This document shows, piece after piece, positions 1 through 11,400 of a stretch of 64,000 nt of DNA. A model generated the notes under the pieces. The model was not told the origin of the DNA. It made no database searches and saw only the letters and a list, made by a program, of their open reading frames with translations. This DNA is from an uncultured Erysipelotrichaceae bacterium. GTDB lineage: Bacteria; Bacillota_I; Bacilli_A; RF39; UBA660. Every line of letters starts with the position of its first letter. Positions within the stretch are counted from its first letter, which is position 1. The translations under genes were made by a program, and so were the position numbers. The DNA lies in assembly GCA_902794075.1 (NCBI GenBank), contig CADBGE010000001.1, forward strand, positions 208,137-272,136, written 5' to 3'.

Positions 1-283
1 TGGATTATATTCATGCCATCGATGATCCACGTCAAGGAACTTAAAGAAATTAAAGTTATGGTCATTCACATATTGAAGCAGATCATCAAAATCCTTAAAT
101 TCAGTGGGTTCATTCTTTCCGTCATATAAAGAAATCTTATTCTTAACTACAACGACAGTTCCAACACTATTCAGATCATTATTAACAAGAGTCATTGTAC
201 AGTCTTCACTAATGTCAATAATCTGAGGGATGTTACGAGCGTTTTCCTTAGTCAGTTTCTTCGTTTCTTCTTTCTTTGCCATA
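1..283 (-). CDS. Hypothetical protein; ATG at 283-281, 3' end lies beyond the window start
   Basis: Minus-strand frame is open from the ATG at 283-281 to the window edge (94 codons, no stop; begins MAKKEETKKLTKENARNIPQ...). Absent from the ORF track because it has no in-window stop. Confidence 0.45.
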
Positions 284-355
284 ATTTTGTTTTTTAAGTT
301 TGTTTTACAATTATGTTTTTAAAATATAAATAACCAATTAAAAAATTCAAAAAAA

Positions 356-634
356 CTATGTTTTATTTGCACGTCCAACATAAAAATTGCAGGCTCTATC
401 AATAATCTTTTTAAGATTTGTTTCATCAAGATTTGCAACCATCATTGAAGGAGCCGCAGTTGCGCCAACCTTATCACAATAATTGCACCACTTATCCCAA
501 ATATGCTCACCAAGTGAATATTTCCAATCTTCACCAGGTTCATTAAAAATAATTCCGCATTCTACTTTATTCCACATGTTCCACATATAAATGTGATAAC
601 TTAGTGTTTCTTTTACTGCTGAATAATCAGTCAT
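356..634 (-). CDS. Hypothetical small protein (Trp/Cys-rich, 92 aa)
   Basis: Only sizeable ORF in this interval. Flanked by AT-rich intergenic DNA. Confidence 0.5.
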   Translation of the reverse strand: MTDYSAVKETLSYHIYMWNMWNKVECGIIFNEPGEDWKYSLGEHIWDKWCNYCDKVGATAAPSMMVANLDETNLKKIIDRACNFYVGRANKT

Positions 635-773
635 AATGATTAAGTTTAATAAGTGTTGAACAATTTATTTTTGTAATTCTAATATATAATTGTTATGCAA
701 AAAATTCAATTCTTAGACAAGAAAATTTTCAATATTTTTATATATAATAAAAATGAATTTTGCTTATTGAGAC

Positions 774-2384
774 ATGGCTGAAAAACTAAATGTAGATACT
801 ATAAAACGAATTTCCGAATTAACTACTGTTAAAAAAATATCTGATCTTCAAACAATTCCAATAATAGAAAATGTAAATGGAACATATGTAACAACACAAC
901 AGTATAATAATTCTTATTTATTATCATCAACATATTTTCCAGATAACACATCTTATGGTAGATACATTAATTATAAAGTTAAGATATCTGATGTTACATA
1001 TTATTTATCTACTTTGGGTTCAGAAGATTTAAATTCATTTAAAGCAACATTCAATAATTTCATTAATAATTTATGTGAAAATACTAAAAACTCATATGTT
1101 CAGCTCGTTAAAAATCAAGATGCGACAGATGATTATTCATATACTTTTAAATATCAGTTAAGTTCTATTATGCCAGAATCGCACTCTCCATTTAGTTATA
1201 ATGATGGAGAAAATTCTACTTATGCATATACTAATAAATTAACTGATGGTATTGTAACAAATTACGTTCTTGAGGAATATATTCGTGAAACATTAGGAAG
1301 AATTCTTGGAGTTCCATCAACACCGGCATATATTTCTGAAGCAATAGATTCAGTTATAGAATTTGTTGATTGGTTTAAGGGATACACAAAAGATAAAGAT
1401 GGGTTAAATGAATTACTCACAAAAATTGATAACAAAGATAATGAAATAATAGCATCATATACGAATGCAGATCAAGATATAATAGATTCATATACAGCAG
1501 CAGATACTGAAATTATTAATAAAATAAATAACATAAATATTAAACCAAAAGCCGGAACAAATATTTCTATTGGAGAAGACAATAGTGTAAATTGCGATAT
1601 TGGATTAGATTCAACCAATAATAAATCATTCACGATTGGTAATAGTAAATATTCTTTAAATTTTGTTGGAGGACAATTTTATATAAGTGAAGTAAATAAT
1701 CCATATGTTCAAATAACATTAACATTAAATTCACCAAGTTCGGCAACATTACCTCCCATTGAATATGGGGATGAAAATGCATTAACCACAATAAATTTGA
1801 GTGCAACACCTTCTAAAGATTGTACAATTATAAGCGGCACATCATCAAATTGGGCAACAGTGAGTTCAACAACCCAATCAGCAGGTACAGCAATTAAAGC
1901 AAACAATGTACCATGTTCCACAACATCAAATTTTTCAGCATCATTAAAAGTTAAAGAAATATTAACACAAGATGAAATTGATTATGGGGGCAATACAGCA
2001 AAAACAGCAGACATCACGGTAAAAAGAAATATAATATATGATAGTTGGAGATATTTTAATGTTACTGCATTAGATCTTACTAATGGATTAACATCAACAG
2101 ATTTTGCTAATTTTAGTAAATTAAATAATAAAAATTCAAATGGCTATTCATCACAATATATTTTTACAGATTCTGAAATGTCGGGTGGTAAATATGTATA
2201 TATATTAATAAAAAAATCAAGCGGTACATTTATTCTTGGAAGCGAAACAACGCCAGGACAATTTCCAGGTGGCGTTACAAATACAGAAAAAACATATAAA
2301 CCTTATGGTTCAAGTGGACCAACATATTATTTATATAGGGTTACAGAAAGGCAATCAGGTGCTTTTAATATAACAGTTTCTTAA
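774..2384 (+). CDS. Putative virion structural / fibre-associated protein (536 aa)
   Basis: Starts the plus-strand structural operon. Carries the ADxxII.SYT decapeptide motif twice (IASYTNADQDIIDSYTAADTEIIN), which is also tandemly repeated in fibre 33903-35525. Ser/Thr/Asn-rich beta-type composition. Confidence 0.7.
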   Translation: MAEKLNVDTIKRISELTTVKKISDLQTIPIIENVNGTYVTTQQYNNSYLLSSTYFPDNTSYGRYINYKVKISDVTYYLSTLGSEDLNSFKATFNNFINNLCENTKNSYVQLVKNQDATDDYSYTFKYQLSSIMPESHSPFSYNDGENSTYAYTNKLTDGIVTNYVLEEYIRETLGRILGVPSTPAYISEAIDSVIEFVDWFKGYTKDKDGLNELLTKIDNKDNEIIASYTNADQDIIDSYTAADTEIINKINNINIKPKAGTNISIGEDNSVNCDIGLDSTNNKSFTIGNSKYSLNFVGGQFYISEVNNPYVQITLTLNSPSSATLPPIEYGDENALTTINLSATPSKDCTIISGTSSNWATVSSTTQSAGTAIKANNVPCSTTSNFSASLKVKEILTQDEIDYGGNTAKTADITVKRNIIYDSWRYFNVTALDLTNGLTSTDFANFSKLNNKNSNGYSSQYIFTDSEMSGGKYVYILIKKSSGTFILGSETTPGQFPGGVTNTEKTYKPYGSSGPTYYLYRVTERQSGAFNITVS

Positions 2385-2417
2385 ATATAAATTAAAAAAT
2401 AATTAGTAAACAATCAT

Positions 2418-5400
2418 ATGGCCAAAACAGAAGATAAATCAAATAAATTATATGGCACAGGCGTTGGTGAAAATAATATTACTCCAACAACAAATAATTT
2501 AACAAATATTGGTTCAAAAATAACGTCATTAAATCCAGGTGATGAATATGCAATGATTGATGCGTTCAACATTGATTGGGAAAGCGGTGAATATAAATAT
2601 TCAGATGATAGTGATGATATTATTCATTCTACCGGTCATTTTGTTGAAATTGTTAAACAAAAGGCTGCCGAAGGCGGTGCTGATGTATGGGATGATATAA
2701 AAGTAAGTAATTATATAACTTCTCAAATAATTATTTATGCAACAAGTAATGTAAAAACACCACCTGAATGTGATTTTTCTGGTGAACCAATAAACATAAA
2801 TAATTATGATAAACAAGTTTATGCTAACCTTCCTGAAGGGTGGGTAGAATCATTAGACAATGTTGAAAGTAATTATTATGTATTCCAAACATCTGTTTAT
2901 GAGGTAAGAACATTAAATAATGAACGCATAGGTTATCATGAGCCAATTGGTGAAGTGATTTATTTACTTGGAGAAAATGGTATAAATGGCAATTTTAAGA
3001 GTACTGTATTTTGTAGAACAAATGAAACACCTGTTGCACCAAAACAAGGAGCATATTACAATACGGGGCTTCCGAGTGACATAAAAGTATATAGAGATAA
3101 TAATAGTTCACAAGAATCAGAAATATCTAACGCAGAATGGTCAGACGGTATTCCAGAAGGTCAAGAAATTCTTTGGGCATCAACAGCTATAATTTCAGAT
3201 AATAATGGAAGTGAAGATGAGACGGCAGTTTGGACTACTCCAAGACAAATGACTGATACTGCCACATATGACGTTGAATTTTCACCTTACTCTAACTCAA
3301 ATAATACTGCCCCATTGACACTTCCATCAGATAACGATAATGAAAATGGAAATAGACATAATACTTCTCTTTCAAGAAATCAACGTTGGTTTGATTTAAC
3401 ATTAGATAATGAATTACGAAACGGGATAAGTAATGTTGATGAAAATGGACAAATTCCTATATCTGGAGGCAATAAGCCAACTTGGAAATCTATGATTTGG
3501 CGTGCTGAACGTGAGTGTATAAATGGCGTTTGGTCTAATTGGACAATAAGTAGAATTAAAGGTGAGCAAGGAACTGCTGGTATTAAGGGAGATTTTAAAT
3601 CAACTGTATTTAAGCGTTCTGAAAATATGCCTGACCGTCCGTCTGATAATGACGGTACCTATAACAATCCTGTTCCAAGTGGTTGGTCTGATGGTATTCC
3701 TAATGGAATAGGTCCAGTATGGTCAACATGGAGAACATTTAGTGTGAATGACAATAATTCTAGTTGGACAACACCGACACTTGTTGCTGATACTCCAACT
3801 TATGATGTTGAATTTAGTCAATTACAATCAGAATACGGTAATCCAACAGACAACCCAAATAACTGGTTTGATCCCACAAAAGATACATTACCAGAAGACA
3901 TAACATGGGAAGACATGATTTGGCGTGCTGAACGTAATCGAGCAACATCTCAGGATGAATGGTCAGAATGGGTAATCACAAAAATAAAAGGTGAAGATGG
4001 TACAATAGGTTTAAATTCTCCATACTTTGAACAACGTTGGGGTGTATTTGATAAAACAATTACTCCAACAGCACCAGATAATAATGCTATAACATTAAAT
4101 ACAGATCACACTACTTGGAAACTAACTCCACAATATACTCCAGGAAAGAACACATGGATGACTGCTCGTAAAGTTATTTATACTATTAACAATAATGAGC
4201 AGTCTGCTCAATATGATGAAGATTCTACATGGAGTACACCAATGCGTATGTCTGGAGTTGATGGAGTTTCTCAACCAATACAACCCGTACTTAAATATCA
4301 ATGGACAGCTTCTAACATAGTCACACCTCAGTTAGATCAGAATGGAAATACTGAAAATCCTGGAAATGCATGGAAAGAAGCACCAGGAAATCCCACATCA
4401 ACAAATAAATATCTTTGGATGATTCAGGGCCAACGTCAAAATGGTTCAATGATAACTTGGGATGCTAATTCAGATGAAACAGTTGGAACTAATGAATATT
4501 GGACGTCACCTGTTTGCTTAAGTGGAGCCGATGGTCAACCAGGTAAAGATGGAGATGATTTAGAATTCATATATCATGTGTATGATGAAGTGCCTGCATT
4601 CAGCAATGATAACAATAATCCAGCATATTGGGAAGTTAGTTCACAAGATAATTATTTAGGACCAGAAAATAACAAATGGAATAATAATCCAACTGGTGTT
4701 ACTATAACAGATAAATATGAATATTGTTCATATCGTAGAAAAACAGGAAATCCAAAGGCTTGGACAAAATTTAGCATGCCATTTCCTTGGTCTATATATG
4801 GAGAAAACGGTATAGATGGAGACGGAGTCGAATACATATATGCAGTTACTCCAACAGATACAGCACCAACTCAACCAGAAATAACTTCAGACAATTATAC
4901 ATCATCACAACAATCAGAATGGGGCGTTGATGAAAATATTAATGGAGTTATATGGCATGATGATCCACAACAATTAAATAATGAAAACCAAAAATATCAA
5001 TGGGTATCAGTAAGAAAATATAGATATCCAAAACAAAATGAAACGCTTGGTGGTAATGCATTAGATCATAATAAGAAATATTGGTTTAATTATTCAACAC
5101 CGCAACTTTGGAATTGGTATATAAATAACGGTACAAATGCTCCAAGAATTGTGATGGCATATAAACGTACAAGTTCAAACGATATATCATCATTATATTC
5201 TGTTGGAACAACAGATATTCTTTATCCTAATGATGGACATATATGGATAAGCGGTGAGCATAGTTATGATCAAAATTGGTGTGAAAGCCCAGGAAACAAT
5301 ACACAAGATACTGGTGATGAATTTCTATGGATGATTCAAGCATATTATACAAATGTTGAAAATAATGTCCGCGCAAATGGTGGAACATTTAATAAATATA

Positions 5401-8400
5401 CATTAGAAGGATCATGGTCAACACCAATATGTCTAACAGGCGAACCTGGGCATGAAGGTGAAGATGGTTCTGATATAGAATTCATATATTATAGAACTGC
5501 TGATGATAATAAAGTGCCAACAGTTCCTGATTCAGAAAATTTTGAGGACGGACAGTATAATGAATCAGATTGGCCATTTGTCAATCTAAAAAGAACTCAT
5601 GATGAAATAACTAATTCATCAGTTTTTGATTCAACAATAACTAAAGATGGAATAAAATATTTGATTAATGACAATAAATATGATATTCTTGAAGATGAAA
5701 CAATATATAATAGTTATTCTGATAATTTTACACAAATACCATCTGACATGCTTCATGATGTTTGGACTGACAATCCTCTTGGTGTAACATCAACATATGA
5801 TTATGAATATGCAGCAGTTCGTAGAAAACCTGCTGGAAGTAATTCGCAATGGGGTGAATTTTCACCAGTGTTCCTGTGGTCAAAATATGGTGAAGACGGT
5901 GTAGACGGTGATGGAGTTGAGTATATATATTATTTAAGTTCAGATGAAAATGAAGTAACATTTGATGCATTATCAGAAACAAGTAATAATTCATCAAACA
6001 ATCCAGCAAATTGGGAAATTAGTCAAAATCCAGAATATATAGCAAATAATGGATGGACTGATGATCCATCAGGAGTTTCCATAGATAATAGATGGGAATA
6101 CGTATCTGTCCGTCATAAAAGATTTGATGCAGAATCTAATACTACAACATGGGGTAAATATTCTGAACCATCGCTTTGGGCTCATTTTGCAGTAGACGGA
6201 CTTGCAACAAATCTTGTTCTTGAATCAGATAATGACAATATAACTGTTGGTATAACAAGTGAAGGAACTATAAATAATAATTATAGTGATTCAGTTAATT
6301 TTACTCTTGTATTTAATACAAGGCCACTTAATTTAGATACTGACTATACATTAAAAATTTTAACTGAACCAACACCATCTGGTGAAAGTAATTATAATCC
6401 ATTTGGAACAAAAACAGATACTACAATACCGTTTAATAATGATTTATTCCAAGGAAATTTCGCATCTTTAACAAATAACACATTAACAGTCAATATACCT
6501 GAAGGTTTTGACATGAGTCAATATGATTACATTATGTCTATAACTCTTGAGGCAAAAATTATACGAAACGATATTGATGGATTAGAAATAGATACTCCAG
6601 CAATATTTACATTAAAAATATCTGGTGTTGAACTATCAATTAATGACATATATAAGTTAAATATTGATAGACAGGTTATTAAATTAGACCCAAATGATCA
6701 GAAATATGATACTTTAAACATAAGTTTAAAATCGTTAACAAGTGTTAATTCTATAACAGAAAACAGTGAAGCAACAGATAAACATTTATATATAAGATAT
6801 AATATTTCTGAAAGAAACAATATAGATCCTGATGGTAATTTAATAAATGTTAATAATTATTATATACCAATTGGCGATTATACTCCAGATAAACATTATA
6901 ATAAGCATACATTTAGATTATATTATATATTAGATGATAGCTTTTTTGATGAACCTCGTTTTGATTATAAATTAACAGACAATGTATTAAATGCGCATGG
7001 TGCTGTATTATTAGACACTGAAACAATATCTGCTGTATGGGATGGCGCTAATGGTAACCCAGGAACTGATTCTAAATCACAAGAATATATATATTTTGTA
7101 ACAGATGACATATCTTATTTTGAAAGCGGAAATCACGCAAACATAAATCCAAATAATTGGGATACACACGAAAATGTTATCATAAATAATGTATCGTATT
7201 ACGCATATCTTACAGATGATTTTCCGTTTGTCAATGGACAAACTACATATCTTGGATGGGAAGATACTCACATAGGAATTAGTGAAGAACATCCATATCA
7301 GTTCATGTCCACTCGTGAATATAACACAACAACTAAAGAATGGGGTAAGTTTAGTTCTCCAGAATGTTCTCACAATTGGGGACACTCTGGTGAAGATGGA
7401 GATGGAGTTGAATATATCTATTATTTAAATGATTCTGCAACATTTAATGGTGATAAACCACAGACATGGTATAATGATACTAACTATCAAAATTCTGAAT
7501 ATATAAAAACAAATACAAATTGGACTGATAATCCATCAGGTGTTTCAGAAAATAAAAAATATGAATGGATTTCTGTTCGTAAATATAAATATGAATGCCC
7601 ATCAGATATACTATGGAATGCTATATTAAAAGAGGGAATATACAATGTAGACGAATGGCAAAAATTTGAAAATGATTTTAATATAAATAGTTATAATACA
7701 AAACAAGCATTTACATCGAAATATGAAGAAGAGGGCAGTCCAATTTCATTCCAGGATGTAGGAAACGATAATAGTAATATAAAACAATTTTTAGAAGATA
7801 ATCATGCGTTTTCTGATGGAAATCCATTTTGGGAAGCAATAAAATATGTATATAAATTATTTAGAACATATGATGAATTAGAAAATGTATTTAATCATAC
7901 AAAAAATAAAATATGGTCGCAATATTCAGAACCAACTCTTTGGGCAAAATATGGGGGAAAAGGTGCCACTGGAGATACTGGTGGTTCAGGGTTAACTTTT
8001 GATTTTGACAATCCAAGTATTCAGATTGCTGTAAATAGTAATGGAAAGATAAAAGATTATCAAGAAGTTACAACATATTTAAATGTTTATGAAGGCGCTT
8101 CAAAAATTTCTGCAAAAGATATAACATTATCCATAATTTCTAATGGTACTCATGATGCATTTGAACATTCATATAGTGATACTGATAAATATGGATATAC
8201 ATTATTTAACAGTAATAGTAGTAACAATGGAACATCAACATATTATACTTGGAAAATTGGTGATGTAGATATTGATAATATTGGAAATAATAATATTGTA
8301 CAGCTCACAGAAAATTCAAGTATAGAATTTAATATAAGTTATAAAGGCAATGATTATGTAAAGCGCGTTTCATTAGTTCCAATCAAATATGGTGAAGATG

Positions 8401-11400
8401 GGGCAAATGCTGTTGTGTTTGATTTATATTGTCCTACGTCAGTAATTCATTATAATGCAATGGATAACACTCCATCGTTTAACCCAACTACTATATCTGA
8501 CATAAAGGTTAGAAAAATAGAAAATAGTAATGTTGAATATAAAATTACTGAAGGAAATAATGAAAATGAAAATGGATTTTCAATAAGTTATTATATGGAA
8601 TTTCCATTAGCTACTTCTCAAGCAACAGGCGGAAATGCTGGTGAAATTGGAGGAAGTATAGTTAGACCAAAGTCATCACCACAAATGGCAGCAAAAAATA
8701 TTTCTGGCTACATATATAATGAAACATTAGATATTAATGACAAAATAAATAATGCTTTAAACGATGATAAGAACTATGATATTCCTAAAACAGTAAAACT
8801 TTCATTATATCATACAGAAAGCGATACTACAGCATTATGGGATGAAACAGATCTTGAGATTATATATGATGGCATAAATGGTGTTGACGGACGATATGAA
8901 GAATATATTTATTATTGTCCACAAAACTCAAATCAAATAAATTGGACAACAATAAATGATGCTTTGAATCCTACAACATGGGCAGCAAATTCAACAAATA
9001 AAGACAATGAAAAACTTTCCGATGTTGATGATTTCATTAAGTCAGGTCAAGAAGAAAATTGGTATGACCATCCAACAGGCGTTGATGAAACACATGTGTA
9101 TGAATATTTTGCACATCGTACATTCAATAAAACAACCGGTAAATGGAACATTTATGATACGGTAGGAATATGGTCACATTGGGGAAGTGACGGTAAAGAT
9201 GGCGATGGTGTTGAATATATATATGCTGTTGGAAATAATTCAGATTGGAAAACAGCAATAGGGTGGAGCGATGGAGCTATACAAAATGCAGATAGAGACC
9301 CAAGAAGATGGATTTTGTTTAAAGGTGGAAATCAATCAACATTATCTACAATAGCTTGGAACGACAATTATCAAACAACAGAATATCATAGAACAGATTC
9401 AAATTTTTCAACAGTATGGGAAGATGACCCAATTAAAAATTTATCTGAAGGTTATTATCAATTTTGTTCAACAAGAAAATATAAATTATTAACGCAAGAA
9501 TACGTTAATAACATAACTATATCAACATTACAATCAGAATTTGGATTTATATCTATAGAATCAACACAAGAAAAATTAAATACTGTTAAATCAATTTTAT
9601 CGTCATATATTGGACAAAAAATATGGCTCCCATATTCCGAACCAACTATTTGGTCAAGTAATATACCTGGGCAGCCCGGGCAAAAAGGTGCTGATGCAGT
9701 AGTATTAGATTGGACAAATGACCAGATTAATTTAGCTGTTGATGAAAATGGAAAAATATATAATGGTGTTCCACAATATAAATCAACAACATTAAAATTA
9801 TTAAATTCAGGTAATGATTTAACAATAACTGATTTAAACTGTTATGGCGATAATGATTATTTTGAAATTAATCTAACAAACTCAGCCGGAGGAGAAGGTG
9901 ATACAATTGAAGTTAATGATAAAATAAACATATATTCATCTTACTCAGAAAGTGATAAAGATTTTACAATAAATATTTCTATTGCTAGTAATTTTAATGA
10001 AGACATAACAATTCCTGAGAATGGTTTAGAAGTAACATTTACTGTTACATTATCTAATAGTAAAACATTAACAAAGGTACTTAAAATCTGTGGTCAACAT
10101 ATTCCAAGTGACGGTATTAATGGACAAAACGCCGTTACTTATGAATTAGATGTTACACCAAATTCATTATCATATTCATCTTTTTCACCAAATGTAAATG
10201 TTACGATAAATGTATTAAAATATAATGGAACATCTGTAACGAGATTAAGTACATCAGAAGACTTTGGCGCAAATAATATATATTTTACAACATCATTTTA
10301 TGATATAACGTTTGAACATACTGTAGTAGACACATATAATCAATCAAATTCTAAATCAATACCTAAAACATTTAGAGGACGAGATATTTATAATACAGGA
10401 TATGTTGTAATTAAAATGTATTATAAAAATGATGGAACTTATATCCAAATTGATTCAGAAACAATACCTGTGATTTGTGACGGTGAACAAGGTGCTCAAG
10501 GATTTACTGGACCTGTTGTTAGAAACTGTGGAGAATATTCTCACTCAAGAAAATACGGTAATGGCAATTATAATAAATCTAATGCTGGACCACAATATGA
10601 TGAAACTTCAATATTATATAAAGATATTGTATCATATACAAATAGAATAGGTACAAAATTTTATACTCCTTCAACATCAACAACATATATAACAGAAACA
10701 AATAATACATATCTATGTAAAGGAAGTGCATATATTGTTGGAACATATCCTGCTCCACCAAATACTAATTCAATAAATACGGGTTGGACAGTAGCTACTC
10801 AGTTTGATTTCATTGCCACAAAACTTCTATATGCTGACCAAGCGTTGATTAACCAAATATCAACACATGATTTGATTGCTACTAATAAGGATGGTTATCC
10901 TGTTGCAGGTGTAACCAGTGGTTCAAAGATGTACGATAAGAATAACAATGAAATTACATCATATCTTTCAACACTTGGAACAGTAAATTATTCAGAAAAC
11001 GCCGTATCATCTCAGAATGATCCGTCAAATGTTCGTATCTTTGCTGGAGAAATATGGGATGGTAATAATTCATATTCATTAACATATGCGCCATTTAATG
11101 TTCGTCAAGACGGTACGGCATATATGAGTAAAGCTATTATTGAAGGTACTGTTACAGCTAGTAATTTAAAACTTAAAGAAAATGTAAATGCAAATACGCT
11201 CGACCAAAAAGGTTCGTTTACATATTGGGATATATTAAATGGAGACAGATACGTACCGAATCTTAATGAAGGTGAGGTTGGTTTATACTATATATTATCA
11301 ATATATGGAAATAGTAATAGTAATATACATATAAAAACACCATATCCAGGAAATGGTATTCCACGTAATGCATTCTTTAAAAAATCAATAAATGGTAAAT

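Noticed and set aside
1709-1921. Antisense or nested short ORFs inside the large plus-strand structural genes (1709-1921, 2601-2816, 4652-4837, 5728-6009, 7077-7385, 10579-10761).
   Set aside because: Each is fully embedded on the opposite strand of a long, repeat-supported ORF and has low-complexity or hydrophobic AT-codon composition. They look like spurious six-frame artefacts.
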